From the human T2T-CHM13v2.0 reference genome, Homo sapiens: 64,000 nucleotides of DNA. This document shows, in pieces, positions 47,686 through 60,172 of the stretch; within the stretch, counting starts at the first letter, position 1, and every line of letters begins with the position of its first letter. A program made the position numbers and the translations under genes. Below the pieces are notes generated by a model. It made no database searches. It was not told the DNA's origin and was given only the letters and a program-made list of their open reading frames with translations. The stretch lies in the NCBI RefSeq assembly GCF_009914755.1, contig NC_060933.1, one strand, 5' to 3'.

Positions 47686-49199
47686 CAGGTGGCATTTGCA
47701 GACATTGAAAGCTGAAGATACTAAAAAGGAGGAGAACTACCATTATGTGACTGACTATAGAGAATATACATAGTATTACAGCCCTGGTGAACCCCTCAAT
47801 TCAGAGAGCTGTAACAGAAAAAAACAATAAAGAAAACAAAAGAACAATATGGGAGATATTGATATTATCCACTATGAAATCAAGGAAGAGAAAATTTTAA
47901 TACTGGACAAAAGTGTAGCAATAGGTTGATAGCTGCAGATAATTTATACAAGTGAAAAATGCATGCAGACATTAGATTTGGTAATAAGGAGCAATTTGGT
48001 GAGTTCTGGTAGAAATTTTATAGTAGAAATGACAGCACAGAATCAATTGCATTTTGTTTCTGTACTTACTAACTGTGAATTCATTTGCGTCCTACATATA
48101 GCATTAATTGGTTAGAGAGTTTTAAATTCAATTTAAGATACTTGTTGCTGTGATCATGTGCTTTGTAACTCAGTCTATTTATTGCTTTTTACATTTTCTG
48201 AAATTATAATAAAATTGTATTCTTTCATTTATAAAAAGTTTAATAATATTAGCCAAGTTTTCTAAACAGGATTGGAAATAAAACTTTTACTTCATTTTTT
48301 CTTTTTTTGGCACAGCTGGTGAGTATCTAATGGAATGTTTCTACTTCATTTTCACTGTCATCTTTCTTCAGTAGTGAAGTACCAAAAAAGGACAGAAAAA
48401 AATGATGCAGACGATTTTTATGATGTAACTGTCTACAGTTTAGGTATCTCTGAACCCATCTCCGCTCATCCTTTCTGGAGTTTGGCTATTTAATTCAATA
48501 CACTATCCTTTTTGCTTGATCTATTTCAGATTGGGTTTCTGGCCTTGAGTTGAGTGCTAACATAGTTCTAGATTTTTATATCAGAAATTTAGGAAATAAG
48601 TTCTAGTCTGCAAAATTTCTTTGACGACAAAGGAAGATCACAAAGAAGGAAAACTAGCAGAAATTAAGAGCTTAAAAGAAAAGATGTGACCATGAAGATA
48701 TGTTTATATATGTCTAAGAGTCAGACATATGACTAGGAAGACATGAAGAGGAAGAGAAAGAGGATTTCCAGTCCTTGTTGAATGCTCTATTTCCTCCCAT
48801 TTCAAATGAAGGATCTTTTTTTGTTTTGTTGTGTTTTGTTTGGGTCTTTCCTTTTTTTTTTTTTTTTGAAGTAATTGCAGTGCTTATCTTTCAATATGAA
48901 TATGATAACTGTCATATATTTCTTTATGTGTTTTGATATATACCTAAGAAAAGAGTTTTGTAGAAAGCTTTCTCATAATTCTTTGAAACTTACTTGGTGA
49001 TTTATAAGTACCATCCATATTGCACTAAAATATATATGAACAATGCATACTTAATTAATTTTGAAATTGTATTATTAATATTTTACAATGGTGATCATGT
49101 TTTCTTTTAAAAAAGTCAGTTGTCAACAGACTGTCTTTTACTAGCACTCTAACATATGAATATAAATATAATAATTTGCTATTTAAGTTAGCAAAGTTT

Positions 49200-49760
49200 T
49201 GTTGTTACTGTTTTAAAGGGAATATTGTACACATTTGGAGAAAAATATGCACATGTATGTGCATATTAAATACATATGAAATGTAATTATATTGTTACAA
49301 AATTGACTTAAATTTCCAGAAAGTGATTTGTCAATATTTCCTAAGAATCTGAAAAATTGTAAGGGCTTTTGACACCACAATTTTTCTTATAAAATCTATA
49401 TAAGAACATAATATAGTAGATCTAGATCAAAGAAAAGATTTATGTGTAAAGATGTGCATTGCAAAATTTTTATGTTAAAAATTTTTAAATAATATATACA
49501 ATAGGATTGTCTTAAACATGTTATATTCATGAAACAAAAATTATTTGTTTTATGAAACAAATATTTGGCAAACTATCAAAATAATATTTAAAAGTGTTTA
49601 TAGCATGATAAGTGTATATGCAAAATTGCAACTACAAAAAGATATTTTGAAAATTACACATTATAATATTATATTAAAATATATATTAATAAGAGAATTG
49701 AGGGAAATAGACCAAAATGTACTTTCTTGTTTTCCTCCTTAAAAGTAAATTGTTTTCATA
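49200..49760 (+). mobile_element. Old L1ME fragment
   Basis: ctttgacaccacaattt..aagatttatgtgtaaagatgtgcattgca. Confidence 0.55.
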
Positions 49761-49994
49761 CATATTAGAATCCTCATATAATTTAACCCATTGACCATAA
49801 GGGTTAATGGTCTGCAACGATCTGGTAGATCATTGCAATGGCTCAGAGAGTAATATTGGATAAAACTGGAGATCCACTAGGGAAACAACAAATTTGAAAG
49901 AAAAAAATCTATTAGTTAATAAGTTATTTCCCCAGTTGATGATACAGAAATGAAATGAACTTTCTAACCTCCTCTTGGTTGAATAAACTGAACA

Positions 49995-50460
49995 TAATAG
50001 AACCTCAAGGCTAGAAAGGGCACTGGAGATGTCATGCATTTCACCCCCTGCTTCCTATAAACTGCCCCCAGAAAAAATGAGAATGTTTCCTATTTTTTTA
50101 TTATAATTCCCCAGAGAAAGCATTGCTATAACTTCTCACTTTAAGCCTTTTCAATATTTCAAAGTTCTGTTAAGGAAAATTTATTTCTTTAACACCCAAG
50201 GCAAAAATATTAACAACTTTCTTCTTGGAGATTTAAATGTTCTAACCATCACCTTGAACTCTTTACACTCTTAATCGTCATACAGTCATTTTTAAAAATT
50301 TTCTACTCTAGTTAAAACAGTTGTATATCCTTCAACTTGTTCCAATATATGTTCTTTATCAGTCCATTAATTAACTCTGATCTCTTTTCTGAACAGTCTT
50401 CAATTTCTCTGCATGGCAGTTTATTTGTGCAAAACAGAACTGGTCAGAGTTCTCTTTCCT
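49995..50460 (-). mobile_element. Possible CR1/L3 remnant
   Basis: atagaacctcaaggctagaaagggcactggagat..ctgaacagtcttcaatttctct..cagaactgg. Confidence 0.4.
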
Positions 50461-51178
50461 TATTTCCCAAACTCTAGGAATCACCTGAACTTTTTAACAT
50501 AGTGTGACACTAAAATTTCTGTGAGTTAATTATAACCCTGGCAAATATTTTATTATTTAAAAATTTACTACCAGAGACAAGAACAGTAGCATTCAATGAA
50601 TACCATGATATTTCTGTAGAAATATTGTCTAATTCTTATTTCTTAGAATAAGGCATACTTTTACTTTTTAGAAATATCAGAACTTTATCTTTAAACTAGA
50701 TGGCTACAGTAGTCTCCCAACCTCCTAAAAGAACACTTACTTCTATTGCCTATTCTTTCAATAATCAAATTTGTAAAAGGAACATTGTTTAAAATGAAAG
50801 TAAAATTTCATCACACCTTTCTCAAAGTCTTACAGTGATGACTGGTCGATTATTAGATTAATTCTGAACTTCTGTTTTGCATAGCTCTTAGAATGAAAAC
50901 TTTCATCATTTAAAATATATAATTATATATCACTAGATGTTATCAGCAAGTAAATTCTAAACAGCTGTGGGTTTAGAGGAAGACAATCAAATTCTAGCCT
51001 TGAATCTGAAACAAGATATGGAGTGGACATTTGAGAAAGTATTGGCAAGAGCAGTGTAGGTGAAGTAAGGAGAAATAACTGGTTTTGTTACTTAGGATAA
51101 ATGCTATGTGGCCTATTCATATTATGCATCTTAGTTTTTTTTTCCTTCTTCTCACATTATGAAGTCAGATTGCTCTCC

Positions 51179-51216
<38 letters not shown>

Positions 51217-51295
51217 CTCATATATCTATATATTTCAACTTGCAAACTCAAATATATATATATATACACACACATATCAACTTGCACATTCAAGC

Positions 51296-52140
51296 ATATA
51301 TTTGAGTGTGCAAGTTGATGGCACATGTATATATCCATAACACCTCCAGCACAATCAAGACAATGAACATATCCATCACACTCAAAGTTTCCTTGCAGTT
51401 TTTTGTAATTTCTCACTCCAACCCTTTCTTACACTGCAGCCCTGCAGGAAACAACTAACAACTAAACTGCTTTCTGATATTAGAAATTACTCTGCATTTT
51501 ATAGAATTTAATATAACTGGAATTATGCACTATGTACTTTTTTTTAGCTTCTTGCATGTATCATTATTTTCAGAACTATTCACATTGTTATATCTATAAG
51601 GAGCTTGATTCTTTTTACTGATAAATAGTATTTAGTTGTGTGCCAATACCTCAATTTGTTGATCCATTTACTTATCAATGGAAATTTTGATGGTTTTCAG
51701 TTTTCTGACTACTATTACAAAAAGCTTCTCTGGACATATGTATTACAAGTCTTTGTATGGTCATATACTTTTTCTCTTAGATGTTTATATTTAGTATAAA
51801 CATCTAAGAGTCAAAAGATTAGGTATGTATGTTTACATTTTTAATAAATTATCAACCTGTTTTCCAAAATATGTATTATTTTACATTCCCAGCAGCAATA
51901 TGTCAGTTACAGTTGTTCCACATGATCAGAAACACAGAATCGTCTTATATTTAAGTCATTTTAGTGGCTGCTTTATGGTACTTTAGTTTTTTGAATGTAC
52001 ATTTCCTTAATGGCTAACAAGGTTGAGTATTTCTTGTGTTTATTTTCCATTCACACATCTTTTTAAGTAAAATATCTATAAAACCTTTCTGCAATTTATT
52101 GAGTTGTTTATCTTCTCATTATTGACCTGGGGGAATATTT
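51296..52140 (-). mobile_element. L1MB/MC-type 3' region
   Basis: caatcaagacaatgaacatatccatcac..aaagtttcc; ttttacattcccagcagcaat. Confidence 0.8.
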
Positions 52141-52169
52141 TTATTTTTAAGAAACCATATATCAATTAT

Positions 52170-52995
52170 TTAAGCTGGTGACGACATTGAAAAATAAAAT
52201 CACTTGCACTTTGCTGGTGGAAATGTAAAATTGTATAGCCAATCTCAAAAACAGCTTGGCTGTTTCTTTAAGCGCTAACATACAACATAACCTAACAATG
52301 GTACTCTTGATCATATATCTCAGAGAAACAAAGATTTTTGTCACACAAAAAACTACACATGGCAGCTTAAGTTAAATTAAACAGAAACCAAAAATTACCC
52401 AGATGATTTTTAAGGAACAAATGCTTAAACCAACTGTGGTATATTTGTACTGTTTAATATTATTCAACAACTTAGAAGAATATACTATTGATACATGCAA
52501 CAACCGAGATGAATCTCCTGGGAATTATGCTAAATGAAAAAAGCCATTCCCAAAAAGTTATTGTATGATTTCATTTATATCACATTTTTGAAATGCAAAA
52601 TTTTAGAAACGAAGAGAAGATTAATAGTTGCTTGTGGGTAGGACTGTGAGTTGGGGAGAAGGAGGGATAGGTGGGAGACAGATGGGTATTTACAAAATGG
52701 TATTGACCATTGTGTGGTCAATAGATGAACCCACATGTTATAAAATTATATAGAACTAAACAAGCACACACACACAAGCATAAATAAAAGTGAAATTGGG
52801 GATATCTGAATACTATTGGTGGATTGTAAAAATGTCAATATCTAAGTTGTAATATTACACTATAGTTTCACAAGATATTGCCATTGGGGGAAAGTGGGTT
52901 AAAAATACGAAAAAATACCCATAGTCCCTTTGTATTGTTTCTTACATCTGCCTCTGAATCTATAATTATCTTAATAAAAATTTCAAATAAAAATA
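52170..52995 (+). mobile_element. L1MC-type 3' region
   Basis: ttgctggtggaaatgtaaaattgta..attgatacatgcaacaac..gaatctataattatcttaataaaaatt. Confidence 0.82.
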
Positions 52996-53199
52996 AGTAT
53001 TTTATAGTTAAGTTTCAGCACACAGCTCTAATATAAAATTGCGTTATTACATAGCAAAGTGCTTCCCAGTTTTATATTTAGTATAAACACCTCTAAATGA
53101 TCAGTAAAAAGTGGGCAAAGCTACAAAAGACTCTAGCATTGCCAATGTAATATTGTTATACACATGTAAAAATGAAATAATTTAAAAGTCTTTTAGTAT

Positions 53200-54136
53200 C
53201 CCTTTTTTTCTAGTAGTTTTAGAGTTTCTGGTTTTTTGTTTAAGCCTTTAATCTATTTTGAGTTGATCTTTGTATGTGGTATATAATAAAAGCCCAATAT
53301 CATTCTTCAGCATGTGAAAATTCAGTTTTCCCAACACAATTTATTAAAGAGACTGTCCTTTTCCCATTGAACATTCTTAGCATCTATGTCTAAAATCAGT
53401 TGACAGTATATGTGTGGGTTGATTTCTGGGTTCTCTGTTCTGTTCCATTGGTTGATGGGTCTATTTTTTGCCAATACCATGCTATTTTAATTACTATAGC
53501 TTTGTGGTATAGCTAAAAATCAGGCAATGAGATGCCTCCAGCTTTGTTCTTTTTGCTCATCACTGCCTTGGCTAGTTAGGCTTCTTCACAGTTCCATACG
53601 AATTTTAAGATATTTTTCCATTTCTATGAAAAATGTCATTAAAATTTTGTTAAAGATTGCATTGAACCTATAGATTGCTTAGGACACTCTGGGCATTTTT
53701 AACAATATTATTTATTCCAATTCATGAATGCAGAATATCTTTTCATTTATTTGTGTCTTCATACAGTTTTTTTACCTCCTTGATTATTTCTAAGAACTTT
53801 GTTTTTCTGTAGCTATTGTGAATAAAATTGTTCTCTTGACTCCTTTTTCAGACAATTGATTGTTAGTGTATAAAATGCTACCAGTTTTGTATGTTGATTT
53901 TGCATCTTGAAATTTTATTCATTTACTACTTCTAACACTTTTTGTGGGAGTCTGAAGTTTTCTATGTATAAGATCATATCATCAGCAAACAGTGAAAATT
54001 TCACATCTTTTTCTATTTAGATGTCTTAGGGTTTTTTTTTCTCTTGTCTAATTGCTCTAGCAAGGAATTTCAAGATTATGTTGAATAGAAGCAGCAAGAG
54101 CAGACATTCTTGTCCTCTTACAGATCTTAGAAGAAA
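53200..54136 (-). mobile_element. L1M ORF2 fragment (possibly the inverted 5' part of the adjacent L1MA)
   Basis: gatgcctccagctttgttctttttgctca; ORF 54026..54313 ends LLFNIILKFLARAIRQEK. Confidence 0.88.
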
Positions 54137-54468
54137 GGTTACAGAGACTAGTGGGTGGGGGCAATGGAAAGATGATGATCTAAAGATACAAAATCTCAGA
54201 AAACAAGGGGTATAATTTTTTTTCTTTTTTTGAGTTCTATTGCATAGTATGATATTTATAATTAATAATAGAGTATTATACATTTCAAAATTGCTACTAG
54301 AGTTAATTTTCAAAAGTTCTTATGACAAAAATTTAAGTATTTGAGGTGATGGATATGTTAAATAGCTTGATATGATTATTCCGCATCGTCTTCATAAATT
54401 ATAACATCATTTTGTATCCCATAAATGTATACACTTATGAATTGTCAATTTACAATTTAAATTAAAAA
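54137..54468 (+). mobile_element. L1MA 3' end
   Basis: catttcaaaattgcta..tgaggtgatggatatgttaaatagcttgat..cccataaatgtatac..ttgtcaatt. Confidence 0.88.
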
Positions 54469-54660
54469 GACTTCTTGGTCCTGGGAAATGACATACTTGA
54501 CAAGCATTAGCACTTTTTGCTCAAATATATTAATTCTGATATGACTAGTATCCTCTTTTTACTGGGAGACCAATGGCAGCGATTAATTTTCTATGATTTT
54601 TTTATCATTAAAATGAAAGCTTTTGAACTTACAAAGATTTGCATTATTGTGCATCTTAGT

Positions 54661-55117
54661 TGTATTAGGGGTCTCCAGAAAAAAAGTACGTGTAGGAGAT
54701 TACCTATAATATAAATGTATATAAAATATATATGATTGCATATATATATAATTTATCATCTTATATTCATATACATATATAATCAATTTATATATGGGGA
54801 ATTGGCTCATATAATTATGGAGGCTGAGAAGCTCCACCATGGGAGTCAATGGTGTAAATTCTAGTCTGAGGCCTAGAGAAAGAAGTTATATCTCAGCTTA
54901 AGCAGGCAGGCAGAAGAAAAAGGGATGAATTTCCCCTTCCCCTATCTTCTGTTCTGTTCAAGTCTTCAATGGATTAGATGAGGGCAATCTCCTTTACTGA
55001 GTTCACCAAATCAAATGCTAATCTTATCCAGAAACATCTCACAGACACACCCAGAAATAATATTTAATCTGCATATCCCATGTCCACTAGAGTTGACATG
55101 TAAAATTAATCATAACA
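54661..55117 (-). mobile_element. MLT2 (B/C-like) ERVL LTR
   Basis: tgtattaggggtctccaga..ggaattggctcat..ctcacagacacacccagaaataat..ttgacatgtaaaattaatcataaca. Confidence 0.85.
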
Positions 55118-56230
55118 CTAGGTGTGATTATGTAACAGTGAAAATTGTTATATATCCAGACTGCGTAAGCTTGGGTGTGAATAAACTTGTTACTTAACTG
55201 GAGCTTTATACAGAAAAAGTTGTAATGTTTTTTGAGGATTTATTATAAAATATCTACCTTTTGATATGTTAATCAAGTAAGCATCTGGCCAATTAACCCA
55301 AAGGAAAAGAATACACATTGTCACTCAATATACTTACTGATCCTATTGGAAAATGAGGGTGATGATTAAAATTTGAATGTTAAGATAAAAACACCCATTC
55401 AAATGAACTGGTAGCGGACCAGTTATTTACAAACACTGTAAACCCGTAGTACTTTGCTAAAGATAATGATATTAAAATGTGCTTTGAAAGATAGTAATGA
55501 ACAGAATTGAATGTGTAAAGCAAATAAGATCTAAAACATTTATAAAGAATGGTGGTTCCATTACCCATCCACACCAAATTAATCTTACTCTTTACAATTT
55601 ACAGAGCTTTATAAATCATTCAAATTTATCTAGTTATTGAGTTTGGTCACACAGTCGCACTCCTAGGTATGTGTCTGCAGGTTGTGTCTCTGTTTTATGA
55701 GAGTAATTGCAAGTGTCATTAAATGACTTGCTCAGGGCCACTCTGGTCAGTTAGATTTGAATTTCTGATCTGCTTTTATATTCAGTTTATTGGGGCCATG
55801 GTTGTCTTTGCTTAAAGTAAATAAAATGTTATCTCAAGAGAAAAAAAAAATACATAAAATACATTTATCATTCCAGATGAATCAATCCAATAATGAGTAC
55901 ATAAGTCCATTTTTCTTTACTCTTTATATATTTTTATTTAAACTAATTCTATTTATATCAAACACGTAATCATGCTAATAATTTTATCATTGTATACGGA
56001 ATATGAGATATCAATCATAATTGCTATTGGAGAAGAATGTTAGATTTATTACTTAAAAAATGTATGCGTTTCTGAAAAAATCTAACATCCAACTTTCCAA
56101 TTTAAGCTTCCTTTAGAAGATGATGAACTGTTTTCCTTTTATTTCAACCTGGTTAAAACAGAAAATTTCTGTGGGTTCATTGTTAATTACCACACCTAAG
56201 ACACAACTTATAACCATTAGCCTATCCTCC

Positions 56231-57111
56231 CGTTACAGGACTCCTTCAGTGTTGCTTCACCAGCCAGAAATCTCTACGGCCATCGTCATCTCTGCCCAAG
56301 CCTTGCTTAGGGCCTGCTGGGCTCACCCTGCCCACTTGGCCCAGCAGGCTGCACTTGGCTCATGCCTCAGCCCGAATACTGCACCTGCCATGGCTCCATG
56401 CTTAGCCCACAGCTGGACCAAGCATACTGCTAGTGACTTCTGCCTTGGGCACCAGCATCTAGACAAACAGAACGCAGTGGCATCCGAAAACTTGGAGATG
56501 ACAGCAATTGCGAAACCCCAAGGGGTGTTACAGCTCTTACCTGAGGAGTCCCAAGGTCTGAGATGTTAGATGTTGCAGTTCTTCACTCCTGCAGCTCAGC
56601 AAGCAGGAGCATGTTACAGCTCTCTTTCTTCCATAGTCTGGCAAGTGGCAGTGTGTTACAGCCCATTTATTCCCACTGCCCGCAGCTCAGTGGGTTCTGG
56701 GTTCTTGTCCTGCAACCAAGAGGAATAAGGTGTGTGGACACCAGAGAGTGAATAAGGCAGAGAAGAATTTTATTGAGCAACAGAAGGAAAGCTCTCAGCT
56801 GCAAAAGAGAGGACCTGAGAGTGGGTAGCCGTCTGTGAGGCTGAGTCCAGGTTTTTATGGGCTTAGAATTGGGGAGTGCATGCTGATTGGTCCATGGGTT
56901 GGCTTTGGAAAAAGCACCATTCAATTGGTTTAAAGGCATCATTCAGAAGGAACCAATTGAGAGAGAGAGAGGGTGAGATGGGTATAGAAGTTTTCACTCT
57001 GGTTATAGACTCTATATGGAACCAACAGCTTGGTTTTCAGGCTTTAAACGGTCTTTGGCAAGACAGGGACTTGTCTCTGCCTAGGAATTTGTCTGTCTCC
57101 TGTCACTATTA
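56231..57111 (-). mobile_element. ERV1 solo LTR, MER52/LTR28-like
   Basis: gttacaggactccttcagtgttgcttcaccagccagaaa start; ctgcctaggaatttgtctgtctcctg end; flanks ctcc/ctct. Confidence 0.8.
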
Positions 57112-58849
57112 CTCTCTATGTCCACTGCTTCTTCTCTTTAAAGAATTTATCACTTCATGCTTTGCAACTAAATTATTGTAGAGGCCTGTCTCTTATTCCT
57201 TCAATCGGTTCTGAACATCCCTTCTAGATTAATATTTTGTAACACCTCTTTAATTTTATCACTTCCACATTCAAGTCTCTTGCTCACAGAATGAAGACTT
57301 TCAGTGTTTTGTTGGTTGTGACATTCTTAACTGCTCTTATTCTTCATTTTGTAGGCCAATCTTTAGCAAAACTGTCAATCACATTCTTGGGCTTTTGACC
57401 TGTACACATTTGTACTTCAACAGATTTGCCCTTGTCAGTCCCTATTTTGCCTTTATGTTCACCTTCTCGTCTCAAGCTCCACCTTGAAGTTCTGTACATT
57501 TTTTAAAGCCTGGCTCAAAATTATAGACCACATTCTAGATAAAATATCTTATGATAATGCTAGGTAGAAGTGACTTCTTTCATTTCTATAATCCCTGATC
57601 CCTTACAATTCGTCCATTACGCCATGGGGGACATAAGTATATGTCTCTTTTCTTATAGTGGTGGTTTTCTTTTCTCCTTGTGTCATACATTCCTTCATCC
57701 TAGAGACTACATTTTAAACTCCCTGAGGATTCCTTACAGATAGAAACGGGATTTCACTCCTACAATGATGTCTTGAAAATAGTAACTACATATTTGTTTA
57801 ATAAATATATCTAAAATTATCTAAATAAATATATCCAAAATATATCAATGATGGATAGATCAATAAATGTATCCATTAAATACTACTGCTTTATACCAAT
57901 TCAGTTCACATTTATAGAAGCTTTATTTTGACCCAAGCATGTAAAATACAGAAGTGATTTTCACAGGCCACATACACTTAAGGAGTTTAGTCTGACAAAA
58001 GAGATTCAATATTAAATTAGAATAACAATAAAATGAGACACCTGATTTATATTGGTAAATTGTGCATGCATAGAGGAAAGAGTTATTGTCTCAGTCTTGG
58101 GTTCATAGGTGTTGCAATTTGATTTGAGTCAAAAGTTGAATATAATATGGAAAATGTGGCATACAAAACATTTCACAAAGAAGGTGGGCAAAGATACAGG
58201 AGAATATGTGGTTACCAGTAAAGTGCAATGTTCATGTGCAGAAAGAGCTGGAAACAAGACATGTGGAGACTAAGTGGTGGCCTCCAAATCTGAGCCAAAG
58301 TCCAGGAGTTGAAAGGTAAAGGCTTGGCTCTCCTGGTTCCTCTTCCTCACCCTAACTGTGCACAAGTCAGTCCTTATGGCAAATATTACATGTTGTTATT
58401 ATTATTATTTTACTTCTATTTTTTCCTCTCCTCATAAGCCATTACAAATCTCAGTGAGTGGAAGAAACATGAGCATAGTACTTTATTATCAAAACTTCAA
58501 CCAATAACTTTGCCAAGGGTTCAAACAGAACCCTACCATTAATACATAAATTTGTTATTTATAGAAAAATAAAGAAAGCTAGGAAAATTAGAGTCCTAGA
58601 ACATGGAGATTTCAAGAAGAATTAAGAGTATTTACCACAGAATTGAATATGGCTTTACTAAGAACACAGCTATTTGGGGAGAAGCAAGGATGGTAGGTCA
58701 AGGATCATGTTTTATGCAGTAGGACTCTCATCACTCTTACAGTCTTATACAATATTCTCCACATTAAAAACTGTATGTAGAAAAGGAGAGACATCAGAAC
58801 AATTATTAGATGTTTTATAAAAATGAACCACAGGAAGTGGTATGGTGAA

Positions 58850-59075
58850 GACGGAAGCCAACAGGATTAAAAAAACATGATTTTAAATTTTAGTCCTACC
58901 AATTATCAAATGTAGAACCTAGGGAAATAACTGAATATTATTAATGCTTACTTTTATTATCTGAAATCACAGGAAAAACATTACATCCATTTCATAGGGT
59001 TGTTTGAAGACAAAACGAGATAATAAAAGGACAGAGCAGATTTTGGGACATACTAAATGCTCAGTATATGTTGAT
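58850..59075 (+). mobile_element. MIR
   Basis: catagggttgtttgaagacaaaacgagataata..ggacatactaaatgctcagta. Confidence 0.65.
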
Positions 59076-59421
59076 TATGCTGATTGCAGATATTATGTGA
59101 AAGGACTGTTTCTGAATATGTGTTCTCTTAGTTATATCTCAGAATATTCTCCTTGAAATGTTAATTAAAAGCATACTATTTCCTCCTAACTTCTTCTGAT
59201 ATAGTCTCATTATTTTTATATAATATCACTTATATCTTTAAAAAATTCCTCCATTTATGTATTATTACTAAGAAAATCAAATTTATCATCAAAGTGGATT
59301 AGTTATTTCCAAAGCTATTATAAATATTTACTCTTAAACTTCTAACAAAACCTATAGTCACATTTATAATGAATATAAGAAAAAATAAAATCTGCTCATA
59401 CTATATATTAATTCCACTTCA

Positions 59422-59440
59422 TTTTTTTATATTTATATTT

Positions 59441-59487
<47 letters not shown>

Positions 59488-59774
59488 TTTTTGAGACAAG
59501 TTCTTGCTCTGTCACCCAGGCTGGGGTGTAGAGGCGGGATCATAGTTCACTGCAGCCTTGACCTCCTGGGCTCAACTGATCCTCCCACCTCAGCCTCTGG
59601 AGTAGCTGGGACTACAGATACACACCACCACACCCAGCTAATTTTTATATATTTAGTAGAGATGGGATATTGCAATGTTGAACAGGCTGATCTGGAGCTC
59701 CTGGCATCAAGCCATCCCCCTGCCTTGGCCTCCCAAAGTGTTGGGATTACAGGCGTGAGCCACCACACCTGGCT
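59422..59774 (-). mobile_element. AluJ with (TTTA)n tail
   Basis: gatcatagttcactgcagccttgacctcctgggctcaa. Confidence 0.92.
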
Positions 59775-59873
59775 GCATTTCTTCCTTTGATGGTTGAATT
59801 CTATCCATCAAATGCTTAATCTACCTAAGGCTTGAAAGATGCAATTTATGATTAATTGAAAGTATTATTACAG

Positions 59874-60172
59874 GGCCGGGAGCGGTGGCTCACGCCTGTA
59901 CTACTAGCACTTTGGGATACCAAAGCGGGTGTATCACCTGAGGTCAGGATTTCAAGACCAGCCTGGCCAACATGGTGAAACCCCATCTCTACTAAAAATA
60001 CAAAAATTAGCCAGGTGTGGTGGGGGGTGCCTATAATCCCAAGCTACTCGGGAGACTGAGGCAGGAGAATCGCTTGAACCCCTGGGGCGGGCAGACATTG
60101 CATGAACTGTGATCATGCCTCTACACTCCAGCCTGGGTGACAGAGGAAAACTCCATCTCAAAAAAAAAAAAA
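59874..60172 (+). mobile_element. AluSx-like with TSD
   Basis: atcacctgaggtcagga; TSD aaagtattattacag/aaaatattattatag. Confidence 0.93.

Noticed and set aside
56120-56569. 149-aa ORF
   Set aside because: Lies mostly within a GC-richer ERV1 LTR; no gag/pol/env similarity.
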